Positions 30,201-40,354 of a stretch of 64,000 nucleotides of DNA are shown in pieces. This stretch comes from Owenia fusiformis (Eukaryota): assembly GCA_903813345.2 (NCBI GenBank), contig CAIIXF020000001.1, forward strand, positions 30,938,001-31,002,000. The letters are read 5' to 3'. The position numbers and the translations under genes were made by a program. The notes under the pieces were generated by a model. It did no database searches. It was not told the origin of the DNA and was given only the letters and a program-made list of their open reading frames with translations. How positions within the stretch are numbered: position 1 is the stretch's first letter; every line of letters starts with the position of its first letter.

Positions 30201-33200
30201 CAAAGCGTAGTGTTGCATTTATACAGTTTCATATTACATTCTACGGCCGAGATCTTAACTGCTAAAAGGACGCTCAGCGTTATGTTTTAGGCATCTTTAC
30301 GCGATTTTTATTGAACCGTTCGTTTCATTAAAATATTTCAAATCAAATTATGAATTACTATAAAAGGTAAATAAAAATAGAAAATGATGAATAATGCGTT
30401 GAAAGTAATAACTTCTTTCAAATTATGAATTGCTATAAAAGGTAAATAAAAATAGAAAATAATGAATAATGCGTTGAAAGTAATAACTTCTTTCAAATTG
30501 CATTTCTCCCTTGGAATTCTAGTTTAAAATGATTACAGTTATTAATGTTGCAATGTTCCATTGAATTCTACGGCCGGATCTTACATGCTCATCAACTGCG
30601 CTGGTGGTGAACGACTGCGAAGCGGACGCTCAGCGCATTGAGCGCTGGCGATCTACGACCGCATCGCGCGCGAATAGCGAGCGACCAACGAACGCTCAGC
30701 GCACGAACTACGCCCGCTTCCCGAATGAGTGTACGGCGGATGGCGATGTGTGAGCTTTGTTACTGAGAGTACTGTATTGGCAGCACAGGCACCCCTGATT
30801 CAGCTGATATATCATCAAATAATACTCCAGATATAAATAATTCTGATGATGCTCCAGATAATGCTCAAGACAATACTCCAGATGATAGTCAGCTTAAGGT
30901 AGAACATGTTTAAATGTCTTATTAAACATATTTAAATACTTAAGTTGATAGGACCAGTTTAAAGGGATAAGGTGCGTAAATTAAGTCTCACTTTAAATCT
31001 TCATAGTATTTCCAATGGATAAATAAGTACCTGATCTTTCATTTGACACCAAAAACAGCTCAAACAGACCACATCGGAATTGACACTTGATCATGAAAAA
31101 ATATTTTTGATCTATCAATTTTTATATGTCAAGTTTTTAGCAATGCGATAGAAAGATGGCATTGTTGTTTGCATTAATTATCCATTCATTTTTGATAGGA
31201 TTTTCAAGCATACGCCATCTTTTAATCCAAGAGTTATTTAAAACATACACTTTGTGAAAAGTGGTAATTCACTTTTTTCAATCTCTGAACTTCAAATGGT
31301 GTTTTTCTATGCAAGTAATTTTTTTTTCACATCAGTATTATCCCAAATAAAAGTTTTTATCATATTTGATTGACTGTGTGAGTGACAAGTCTCAAATAAT
31401 ATTTTGTCCCTTTTCCTTCAAAAATAGGCGCATTGCCTGTTTAAGTTAACTATATCTGGTTCCCTCTAGACCCCTTACAGACATTAGTTTTATGTCACCA
31501 CCAAAAGTGGTGACATATTGTTATGGTCTCCAACCTTTTGTTTTGGTCTCCAACCTTTTTGTGACGGCATTCAGCATCCTTAACAAATAGCAGGTGGTGA
31601 CATTTTGCATGTTAATGCCTTGTTTACCTTTCTCCCCCTTTAGGCAAGAATCGGAACCAGTTTCTCCTACCCTAAATACACTTTCAGAATTCTGCGTGTA
31701 AGTAAATAAACTTTGGCAGAAACCATGAATGATCTAGATAAGAAAATACCATTTGTTATAAGTTGTAAACCATGCAATGGGTGAATAACCACAACAGATA
31801 TACTCATCGAAAACAAAGCATAGAGACTATAAATAAGATACAACTTGTTTTTCATCCTCTTTTTTGTTTTGCTGCATATCATCGATCATCATAATACTAA
31901 GTCTCATTAAGAAGCTTTTCAATGCATATAACGAGGGTAATAATTCTGGCTGTATGCATCAGTGATGAAACTGATAGTCCATCCATTAGTATTATATGGT
32001 CCTTTAATTCCTTGTGCTTATTCATCATGTATGTTATTGTGATTCTCTCTTTGATGTATAGAGAGAGCAGGATGTGGCAGCAACCAAGATTCAAGCGTCA
32101 TACAGGGGAAGTGTAGCGAGAAAGAAGTATCAGAGAGATAAGAAAGAGAAGGTAGTCAAGCCTAAATAGTTTATAATTTCTAGATGTGGAGCTTCTGAAT
32201 AATATAGATAATATTAGTATATAGGTTGATAACCTGAACTTGTAAGATCTTGTTTAATGTACCATACCAGATGCATTTTCTTTATTTCTAAAGATGTTGA
32301 CCTGAGAGGTCTATAACTATGTGTAGTTTGATTAACTTATATTCTTTTATAGAAAATAATTAGTTTATTGAATACCATGAACATATTAGTCTTTCTATTG
32401 ACTGTTAGGACTCAAATAATAAGGCAGCAACTAAGATTCAGTCTCAATACAGAGGCCATAGAGCCAGGAAGCAAGTCAATGAGATTAAGGTATACTGTTG
32501 TGTGGACTGAAATATTTTCTAATGTTACCTCGTGTTGTTTGAAAGAGTTGGTCTGTAATAACTAGTCTGTCTAGTGTTAATTTGTATATCTTTTCTCTTT
32601 AGTATGCAGTTGATATTGTTTTACATCTTTGTTTTCCAATAAAACCTGAAATTTGATGCTGTGTTCATGATTCTAGGATCTTATTTCCCCATGTTGAAAT
32701 ATCAGTAAAAACATTATTATAAAGTCTTTTTTGTTGTCCGACCTACCATTTCCACAATAATGTATCCAAACAACGCAATCCTCAAACAACCAGATATGTA
32801 CTTGTTTTTCTGTCACATTCCCAGATGAATTTCATGCCATCTTTGAAAATAGCACCATCTGTGGTAATGACAATCTGATCTTTTGTGCAGCTTTTATACT
32901 ACACGATACTCTATTACATGTATAGGTACAATATTTAGAGGTTATGACGTGAAATATGCCTGAGTTCTCCCAATATAGGCCGACCTTGGGAGGCTCTATA
33001 TTTGGGCAAGAACGAAGGCATATTTCACGTCATAGTGACATAACTGATGTATTACATGCCTTTGTTCCCATGGTTACTTTGTATCAATGATGTGACGTCA
33101 TGATATTATCATGGTTATTAAAGAAATCTAATATCAAAACGAGGTAAGCGGGCTATATCGGGGTAATCGGGCAATATCGGTGGATATAGCTCGCTAACTT

Positions 33201-36200
33201 TCCCATTGACTTCCATACAAATGCTTCGCTAGGTATGTAATACATCTGTATATTCATGATTGGATTACATTTTGCTTCTTCTAAAGGTACTTCTTCATTT
33301 CCCACCTTGAATTTTAGTCTTCCAGCAAATTAAGAATTTTTTGGCGGTTCAGAAAATGGAAAATCAGTATGTGATACAGAAAGCCTATGAATATATGATC
33401 AATGCATTGCATTGCAAGTCTCCATAGAAATCCATGTGTGCTACACAAAATGTGAAAACTAAAAACCTTTACATTATATACAAAATGTGAATTCATCTTA
33501 TTTCTATAAAGCGTATGATACTTAAGGTTGCGTTTTACATGTATCTATTCATCCATGTTCAAGGTTAATAGCAATGCTAAATCAGACTTTATTGTGTATT
33601 GATATAGCTTACTCAGTAAAAGGATATTAGGTTGTACGAAATATATCATATGAAGTGCTTTACATAGAACTATAGTGGTCTCGGAAATGTAGCTCTCTAC
33701 ATAGGAAATTAAAATTGATCACTTGTTCAGAGAATTCATTGAATACATATATCTGTTTGAACAACAGTAACTTAGCTCTTGGCAATGTTTCAAATGTTAT
33801 GCTATGTACATACATTGTATGTTAGTTCATTTACTTATTCATTCTTAGATTATAGTACTTTAACTTTAATCTTTTAAACCCATATTGGAAAGTATTGTAC
33901 TTCAACGATAACACCCTTTGTAATAATATAAGTCACCTTGATTGACTTAGATTTTTTAAATAACTCATTACATAAAATACATGTAAGTCATATACTACAG
34001 ATAGTACAGTCTGATCCATAAATAATTACTATCAGTTTCAAAAAGACATTCTGTCGCACATATAATAAATTCTTACCTCAGGGAATTAAGTACTATATTT
34101 TCTCCATTCTGGAAAATACAAATATAGTGGAATTTGTGTCCATAATGACCATTGGGATCTTAAAAATTTGAAGTGATTTCCACATGTTAAATGTCCACCA
34201 TTTTTGAAAATAATTGTGCATAGTCTCAAAAGCAATTCTACAACAACCCATTTTAAAATAACATTTCACCACTTACACAACTATGATATGTATTATACCA
34301 TACTTTATATGTATTTATTAATCAATTGATACAAAACCATTACCAGATATACAAATTGAACAATTTTCATTTTTGTTTGAGACAACAAAAACAATGGCTG
34401 CCATTTGAAAAGTGGATTCAGATGTTTACAAACTATCCACCATATGCTGATATAAAGCCTTGGAGACATTTATTCTGCTAATAATCATTTACAGGAGTAT
34501 ATATTCCAGCAATAGAGGAGTGTTTGGCACATTAAATGTTCAAATTCAGCAAACTGTGCCAAAATTTTCAGGTGTCTTTTATTTTTGGATCTGACTGTAG
34601 TTCAATTTTTCACATGCCTTATAAGTAAAAATGATGTGTCAGTGAAAATATGAAATTATAGATTAAGATTCTATTTTTAAGCCCTATTGTCCAATTTTTG
34701 TGTTGTTTGGTGCCCCTGTGTATATTACTTCATTTGATTTTTCTTGATTAGTTTTTTTGTTCAACCTCACCTTGTAGAACAAAGCTCACAATTTTTAGTC
34801 TTGATTTGTTTGATACAGGATTTAGCTTTTAATATGTAATAAGATTTATGATTTAAATTCATAATGAATGCTTATTCATCAACATGTTCAAATGTATCTT
34901 TTCAGGAGGCACATCTTGACAGTACCATAAAGGAAACAAACTATTCACAATAAAATGCACAATTAAGTTCACAAGTATAAAGTATAAATGCTGCAATTGA
35001 CTAATTTAAGTTAAATTTAGATAAACTACTTGAATTTCATTTTGAAACTGACAAGGAGCTACAATTGTGACATTCGTAAATGCAGACTTAAGCATGTCTT
35101 TAATGAAAAATGTCTCAACATATTGTACATACTGTGTAGAATAGATTTAACCATGTCCAAGAAAAGTTATTACTTACACATAAATTCTGCTTTCAATGAG
35201 CAAAATGACATCGTTCAATTAGAAAGTAAGTTAAATGTGATTTAAAATTGTTGTTGATTTCAGTTTCAATTATAAATGTTGTCACCCAAAGTCAGGAGAA
35301 ATTATGTTGGAGTGTACTTTCTGTTTTTTCGTGATCTTTTCACGCGTGTCTATCATAACAAATCTTTACTTCACACAGCAACAACAAAGCTTGCTTATTC
35401 TTTTGTTATTATAAAGGAAACATTCGGTATGTCAAAATATAGTGTATGTGCACGGTTCTAGAGGCCCACTGCTTAGCTGGTGGTTTTAAATATCATTAAG
35501 ATGAAATTGTGAATAATTTACTTCACAAAATAAGAAGAACTGAATGGACAACATTATTTTAGCTGCATTTCCTTAAACTGCTTTGCTGATACATGTATGC
35601 TTGGTATATTTTCATGTTTTTGTGATTCATGTCACTATATAGTAAGGAGCTGCTGCATTATAGCCATTATAATAACCCTATGTGATCCTTTTTTCATGCT
35701 TAGTTGACATGCTTGGGATAATTGTGTCACATGATATGATCAACACTGTAGATTGGATGACTTCATACTTTGTAATATAATTGATTTGCATCTATGATGT
35801 AATCTCTTTCTAATTGACGAGTCCTATATGTGTTTTGTATTTCTATTTCTTTCATTTTGATCTATTAAGTGATCTATTTCAATCAATCAGCAGTCAAAAA
35901 TAGTAGCTGGATTACTTTATCAATTTATTGCAAGTATTTTATTATTGATATCCTTTATATAAGTACATGCACATGTAGTTTAATCTCTTTTTACAAAGTT
36001 TTATTTTATTGTGTCATTTAATTCTATTGTGATGTTATACATTTTATTTTATTTAATATTTCCATGACTGATTACTAATACTTTTAGATGAACTTTCATG
36101 AGCATCAATTTAGGACAGAGGTTCTCCAAGATTATGACCAATGAAAATTTATATATACCGTGTACACATGCATATTTCAAACTTTAATGCGTGGGCTAGC

Positions 36201-38239
36201 TTATTTTAGAAAATAATATTTCGGGCTGAGAAAAGAAGAAAATTTGATTTGATGAGACAGAACAATATTCAATTTCTGGTACTTCTTGTATCTGACACTG
36301 GTGATCCGCTCGATTACGCTGATTACCGAAACGGTTTGTTTTGGTAACAAAATGTCGGAACATCGAAGGTACGATTTTTCTTTTTTCCTTATTTCACGCG
36401 TTGTAGGCAGAATCCCCACGACGTTTTTTCTCACAAACGTGTATGAGCATAATATGTATTAGAAAATGTACATGTTTGCGAAAAAATAGCTCAGAGGACA
36501 ACAGAATCGTCGATTTAATTCCTCAACTAAGTTACATAAACGGTTTGGGTTAAAAGTGCAGATCTTGACTGTTTTTCGAAAAAACGTTTATGTAACTTAA
36601 GTGAGGAATTAAATCAACGATTCTGTTGTCTTCTGAACTATTTGTTCACAAATATGTACATTTTCTTAAACATATGATACTGATACGCGTTTGTGTTAAA
36701 AATGTCGTGGGAATTCTGCCTACAACGTGTGAAATAAGGAAAAAAGAAAAATTGTACCTTTGATGTTCTGACATCTTGTTACCAAAACGAACCGTTTCGG
36801 TAACCAGTGTAATCGAGTGGATCACCAGTGATCTGAGTCACATTGATAAAAGAGAAAATAAAGTTACCATTAAAGAGGCCAGAATACATTGTACCCTTCT
36901 TAATGTTGTGTATTATGTATTTACCATTATGCTAAGCATAATATATACATTATAACAGATGTAATTCATCTTAAATGTTAAAATGATTATTTAATGTGTT
37001 TTCAGAAAGCTCAAGACAAAGTTGAGGTAAGATATTTATGTCACAAAACTATACAGTATAAAGAGGTATAAAACAATTAATACATCTATAAAATAGATAT
37101 GTATTGGATAATCAAATGGAATCAAGAATGGGTTGTATTTGGATGGCTCCTCATGTGTAATTATAATGTATTTATCTTCATGTATTTATGTTCATTAAAT
37201 AAATTATATTTTATTTACAACTACATGTAGTTGAATTCTATTCTTGTCTTTCTGAGAGTCTGATAAACAAGTACAACTACTTTTTTGTTCTTTCGTAGAA
37301 GTGATTAAATATATTATAACTTCTTTTTTGTAGGATGATGACAATGCAAACAATAGCAACAATCTGCAGCCAGAGGAAGTCGTAGATCTTAACGCAACAT
37401 ATAACAAATCCAGTCCAACATTCCAAAATGAGGAATTAGGTAATAGTGAGAATGAAGAGGAAGGTAATGATAGTCAAGATCTAGATAACATTGATAAGGA
37501 AAGTGATAAAGATACAGTGCTTGTAGAAGGAGTGCCTGATACCCTAGTTGATGGCAATAAGACAAATGTCCCTACACCCCCACAATCTAAACCAACAACT
37601 CCTCAGTTGAGAGCTGCAAGTAGACGCACAGCAACTCCAAATTCTAAATCTCAAGCTCTTAACTCTAAACCTCAAACGCCCAACTCTAAACCTCAAACAC
37701 CCAACTCTAAACCTCAAACGCCCAATGCTAAACATCAGACCCCCAACTCTAAACCTCAAACGCCCAATGCTAAACATCAGACACCCAACTCTAAACCTCA
37801 AACGCCCAACTCTAAACCTCAAACGCCCAAGGCTAAACCTCAAACACCAAATTCTAAACCTCCTAGTAGAGGTTCCCAAACAAAACCAGCCACTCCAAAT
37901 AAAACAATTCAATCTAAGCCAACTACGCCTAACACTGAGAGATCAAAGCCCTCCACTCCCCAAGTAGCTGGCTCTCCTAAACCTCCCACACCCACTCAAT
38001 CCAAGCCAAACAGTCCTGCCAAGGATTCCAAACCTGGCACCCCACACCCCAACAAAGGTGAAAACACCAGCCTTACTACATCTAAGAATGATGTCCCCAA
38101 TGAACCTGAAGCAAAGAAGGAAGAGGTCAGTGAAAATGACACTATTAATGACAACAAGGACTTAGTCGATGATAAGGATGCAGGAACACAGGATAAAGAA
38201 AATACATCCCCTAATGAAAGCCAATCAGAACAAAACTAA
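2967..38239 (+). CDS. DCDC2: Doublecortin domain-containing protein 2-like: 2 DCX domains, 3 IQ motifs, Pro/Thr-rich repeat tail. Model join(2967-3241,5377-5431,7118-7194,7887-8018,8823-8981,12571-12696,17146-17234,19381-19499,19611-19682,19951-20040,32062-32151,32409-32489,37006-37026,37334-38239), about 763 aa
   Basis: DCX1 IYRNGDTHYTGKKFVV...GAVRRIHTPTGRH...YVATGLERFKKL. Linker VRPVEHSRIKVSGRFRK matches vertebrate DCDC2 VKPVIHSRINVSARFRK as recalled. DCX2 VYANGD...LRTGATRWIYSMDG...YVAVG. C-terminal GVFKA...TRVDLPIDQ motif. All junctions GT-AG and phase-consistent. Linkage of the exons after 19682 is inferred. Confidence 0.85.
3422..4411. mobile_element. Foldback TIR element in DCDC2 intron 1
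   Basis: TAGTAGCCGAGACAA...TTGTCTCGGCTACTA; inverted similarity over about 170 bp; TA on both flanks. Confidence 0.8.
5377..5431 (+). CDS. DCDC2: DCDC2 exon 2
   Basis: tttcag|A TAC TTG...CCA GAG|gtgagt; YLEISEVPKKSTSPRFPE; phase 2 to 0. Confidence 0.85.
7118..7194 (+). CDS. DCDC2: DCDC2 exon 3
   Basis: ttttcag|VRPVEHSRIKVSGRFRKIRTEVTPI|gtaagt. Confidence 0.92.
7887..8018 (+). CDS. DCDC2: DCDC2 exon 4 (DCX domain 2, N-terminal half)
   Basis: ttatag|VYANGDALRAPARILL...VELRTGATR|gtaagt. Confidence 0.92.
8181..8795 (+). mobile_element. HINE-like element (TTTTATGTCACCAC family)
   Basis: ATGTCACCAC...GTGGTGGCAT subterminal inverted repeats; TGACCTT/AAGGTCA motifs; short relatives near 17445-17585 and 31487-31625. 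Confidence 0.6.
8823..8981 (+). CDS. DCDC2: DCDC2 exon 5 (DCX domain 2, C-terminal half)
   Basis: ctacag|IYSMDGQVVTRPSDLEKEGKYVAVGSEKNFKELPY...|gtaaga. Confidence 0.92.
9795..10876. repeat. 29-bp minisatellite, about 37 copies
   Basis: Unit TTGATCAATCAAAATCAAGAAC(C/A)ATAAT(G/A). Confidence 0.97.
10934..10947. promoter_or_regulatory. Near-perfect RFX X-box in DCDC2 intron 5
   Basis: GTTGCTATGGCAAC. Confidence 0.4.
12571..12696 (+). CDS. DCDC2: DCDC2 exon 6
   Basis: cttttag|KYSPGKLPPIKRVRKSDGG...KAKSK|gtgagc; phase 2 to 2. Confidence 0.85.
14856..16943 (+). mobile_element. Helentron-associated (HINE/pearl/DINE-1-like) element with a second one nested at about 15875-16880
   Basis: T-run insertion site; subterminal inverted repeats (ATGTCCCCACC / GGTGGGGACAT; inner GCTCACACAG / CTGTGTGAGC); GTCT/GTCC microsatellites; 3-4 core repeats of about 162 bp (15333-15875); 3' short hairpins. 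Confidence 0.75.
17146..17234 (+). CDS. DCDC2: DCDC2 exon 7
   Basis: ttgcag|VSPKKEDDQVFHAKPVKHKRTTRQVDLDK|gtaagt; phase 2 to 1. Confidence 0.85.
17754..18662. mobile_element. MITE with CCCGGGGGGTTCACT TIRs and internal 31-bp repeats
   Basis: 8-bp TSD ATTGTTCC; tandem TTTGGTATGGCATTGGTCCTATATTTGGACA units at about 18370-18600. Confidence 0.88.
18749..19424 (+). repeat. 76-bp tandem array (9 copies) spanning the DCDC2 exon 8 acceptor
   Basis: Units start at 18749, 18825, 18901, 18977, 19053, 19129, 19205, 19281, 19356. Confidence 0.97.
19381..19499 (+). CDS. DCDC2: DCDC2 exon 8
   Basis: ttgtag|DEGGVFKARHVRDRDAREIEESKDTRVDLPIDQVEAEEIK|gtttgt; resembles the conserved DCDC2 C-terminal motif; an in-frame alternative donor after DQ (19478) is possible. 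Confidence 0.82.
19611..19682 (+). CDS. DCDC2: DCDC2 exon 9
   Basis: atttcag|DEEIEDTSKSISSDKELKKNPSDE|gtaaga; phase 0 to 0. Confidence 0.8.
19784..19881. mobile_element. Short CAGGGGCGTAGCC MITE
   Basis: 5-bp TSD CATGG; related ends near 13200-13280 and 1990-2027. Confidence 0.75.
19951..20040 (+). CDS. DCDC2: DCDC2 exon with IQ motif 1
   Basis: ttgtag|KDKDLAAIKIQSGYRGHKARKQYKARKVEK|gtagcc; fits IQxxxRGxxxR. Confidence 0.8.
23746..23970. mobile_element. CAGGCCCGTAGCC MITE with 5-bp TSD
   Basis: TSD ATTGT; G/C homopolymer runs; inverted sister copy at 26552-26745 (flanks GGGCA/GGGTA). Confidence 0.85.
28603..28783 (-). pseudogene. Exon-like coiled-coil segment carried inside the 9-kb element
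   Basis: ctattccag|EIYNMQIQLQKTVEENSRKLDLILNHFEINETPRT...IEQFYK|gtcagt; resembles accessory proteins of DNA transposons (inference). Confidence 0.4.
28977..29049 (-). pseudogene. tRNA-Asp(GTC)-derived sequence (pseudogene or SINE-type head)
   Basis: ctcgcctGTCacgtggatggtccgGGTTCGAGTCC: Asp-like anticodon loop and B-box; acceptor stem and anticodon stem degenerate. Confidence 0.5.
32062..32151 (+). CDS. DCDC2: DCDC2 exon with IQ motif 2
   Basis: gtatag|REQDVAATKIQASYRGSVARKKYQRDKKEK|gtagtc; same 90-nt length as the IQ1 exon. Confidence 0.75.
32409..32489 (+). CDS. DCDC2: DCDC2 exon with IQ motif 3
   Basis: tgttag|DSNNKAATKIQSQYRGHRARKQVNEIK|gtatac. Confidence 0.78.
34007..34597. mobile_element. 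TA-flanked MITE
   Basis: CAGTC(T/A)GATCCA TIRs; TA TSD; 34020-34190 resembles the foldback arm at 56300-56470. Confidence 0.6.
36296..36830. mobile_element. Palindromic MITE with 6-bp TSD
   Basis: CACTGGTGATCC termini; inverted arms of about 250 bp; TSD ATCTGA. Confidence 0.88.
37006..37026 (+). CDS. DCDC2: DCDC2 21-nt microexon (KAQDKVE)
   Basis: ttttcag|AAAGCTCAAGACAAAGTTGAG|gtaaga; strong sites, phase 0 to 0. Confidence 0.6.
37334..38239 (+). CDS. DCDC2: DCDC2 terminal coding exon (acidic region plus KPQTPNS repeats)
   Basis: ttttgtag acceptor; open 906-nt frame containing ORF 37517-38239; low-complexity D/E/N and P/T/K/S segments. Confidence 0.75.
   Translation, partial: DDDNANNSNNLQPEEVVDLNATYNKSSPTFQNEELGNSENEEEGNDSQDLDNIDKESDKDTVLVEGVPDTLVDGNKTNVPTPPQSKPTTPQLRAASRRTATPNSKSQALNSKPQTPNSKPQTPNSKPQTPNAKHQTPNSKPQTPNAKHQTPNSKPQTPNSKPQTPKAKPQTPNSKPPSRGSQTKPATPNKTIQSKPTTPNTERSKPSTPQVAGSPKPPTPTQSKPNSPAKDSKPGTPHPNKGENTSLTTSKNDVPNEPEAKKEEVSENDTINDNKDLVDDKDAGTQDKENTSPNESQSEQN
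37660..37862 (+). repeat. Coding 21-bp tandem repeat (N-S/A-K-P/H-Q-T-P, about 9 copies)
   Basis: AACTCTAAACCTCAAACGCCC units in the last DCDC2 exon. Confidence 0.92.
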
Positions 38240-38288
38240 AGGTAGGTAACAAGATGAAAGGAAGATGACGAGAGTGAAGATCTAAATA

Positions 38289-38493
38289 CTGTATAAGTGG
38301 TATTTAATCCGAGTGGTTAATTTTTCAAATGGTCAAATTTCATCATTTTCCTAATTTTAATTTTCCTAATGACAAGAAACCTCCCATTGGATAACATTAT
38401 AAATACAATATTTCCGACATTTAATTTTCCGAACCTGGCAAAAATTAGGAAATAGGCAAATTAAATGATTAGGTAAAATTACCACTTATACAG
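38289..38493. mobile_element. TA-flanked CTGTATAAGTGGTA MITE downstream of the DCDC2 stop
   Basis: TACTGTATAAGTGGTA / TACCACTTATACAGTA. Confidence 0.7.
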
Positions 38494-40354
38494 TATTACA
38501 CCTTAATGGAACATACAGTGTGTATAGTTTGTTAAGATATGCCTACTTAGTTAAATATAAAGGTATTAACACTGATTAGCATAGTCAGTTTCCATCTAGA
38601 TATATGTTGAAGTTAGCTAAAGTAAAAATACCGAGAATCAATAATTTTATAAAGACCATGGTATATATTTACTGGAATACCCAGGAATATCTTTGAATTA
38701 ATACCTACTAAGACACAAAGTTGCAGTAGAAAGATTAACTCTAAATCTTTATTGAAATTTTCATTACATATAATGTTTCATTATCAAATATTACAGAATG
38801 TTCTCCACAGAACTGTATGTGGTTTCATAATGTGTAGATTTTTCTTAATTGCATTTTTCAGTTTAAAAGATACCAGGTCAGGTTGGACATCAACATAGGA
38901 TATCATACAATATTGGATATTACCGGACATTTGACATTACACACTGGATACTACACAGGATTGGACATTACACACTGAATATTAGGAGATTGGATTTGAT
39001 ATTACACTGATACACCTCCATAATTTTTTTACTTGATGACGCCGTAGTGAAAAATTAAAAATTTAGACAACCATTTAAAGGAGGTTAAAGTAGGATTTTC
39101 ATGTCATATTTGGTGGTTTACTTTGCAGAAGAAAACAAATTCTACATCTAATATTATAGTGCTGTTACAGCATTTTGCCTCCCTAGGACCACATGCAGGT
39201 CTAACCTTTAAAAATGTTTCTCATTTAGAATATTTTTGGCTTATGTCATTCCTTGTCATATATCTATTTTATAAAAATCATGTTAACATTAAATTGTTAT
39301 TTGTTAAAATGTACACTGTACTTATTAAAATGTATATATTAAGATATGTATCAAGTATGAACCAGGTATACAAGTGATTTATACTTGCCAGTGCAATTCT
39401 GTATATAATAATTCTGTATATAATCAAACTGTATTTTAGTAAAGTGCTCACTTGATCGTATAAAAAATATTTTTTCACCATAAATTAAATGTAAATATGA
39501 AGTGTATAATGTAAATGTATTGTATCTTATATTTCTGCTCATCATTATCGCATAATTTACACAAAGTACAGTTCAAAAGTGTTTATGATTGTCAAGAAGT
39601 TTTTACATATTTTGGTTTATTCCTATGTCATAATACCACAGCATTATAAAAAGTCTTTTTGTAATTTTGATTTAACCCATACAGCATTATATTGCACTTT
39701 CAATTTTTACATGCACAGATTGTATTTCAATTTATTTATCTTATACGTTAGCTAGTCAACAATCTTCCGTCCTTGTACCTTTTTTAGCTACAACTTCTTT
39801 GTAGATTTGTAGCCACGTATTTTTATTCGTAAAATATATACAGTATACAGAAAGCCTGACCAATAGCACTGTCTGATCTCAAAATGTAGTAAAACATATA
39901 TACAATCATGGTACCATTGAAACATAGAAGAGAAATGAATATAGTATATGGTGGTAAAACCTTATACAGTAGGCCTAGTAGCAAAAATAGGGAATCTATT
40001 ATATTTTTAAATGAGGTGCTGTTTACACATACAGCATTTTCAATGAACTCTGTACGTTGTAGTTCAGTCATCTATGGTCAGATTAAGAATGACTGGAAGA
40101 ATGTAATACTATAATGATCAGCATGTAAATAAATCTTCTAGAACTGGAGCTTGTAGATGTTAAAACTAATTCATATTTCAAATTATGTATTATATGATTT
40201 ATTTTCTAGAATTTAGTCTATTCTCTACTTTTATTAAACCTTGTTATTCAATTTACAAAATCTATTTGTATGTACAATGTATATTATATATGATATAAAA
40301 CAATATTTCTCACTCACTATAATTAAACGCAACAATTGTCTTTGTTATTATTAC

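Larger units (their letters stand above)
21686..30759. mobile_element. 9.07-kb non-autonomous TIR element (animal CMC/EnSpm-like) inside DCDC2
   Basis: Perfect 12-bp TIR CAAAGCTCACAC...GTGTGAGCTTTG extending imperfectly; TT on both flanks (2-bp TSD); CpG-rich subterminal blocks of about 170-190 bp at both ends. Confidence 0.7.

Noticed and set aside
30764..30766. Selenocysteine or readthrough at the TGA of the reconstructed exon
   Set aside because: No SECIS identified, no homologous Cys alignment, and the exon itself is hypothetical.
34906..34953. Alternative DCDC2 terminal exon EAHLDSTIKETNYSQ*
   Set aside because: An acceptor and AATAAA are present, but such short matches are expected by chance in AT-rich DNA.
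37544..37967. ORFs 37544-37912 (-) and 37725-37967 (+)
   Set aside because: Shadow frames of the 21-bp coding repeat.
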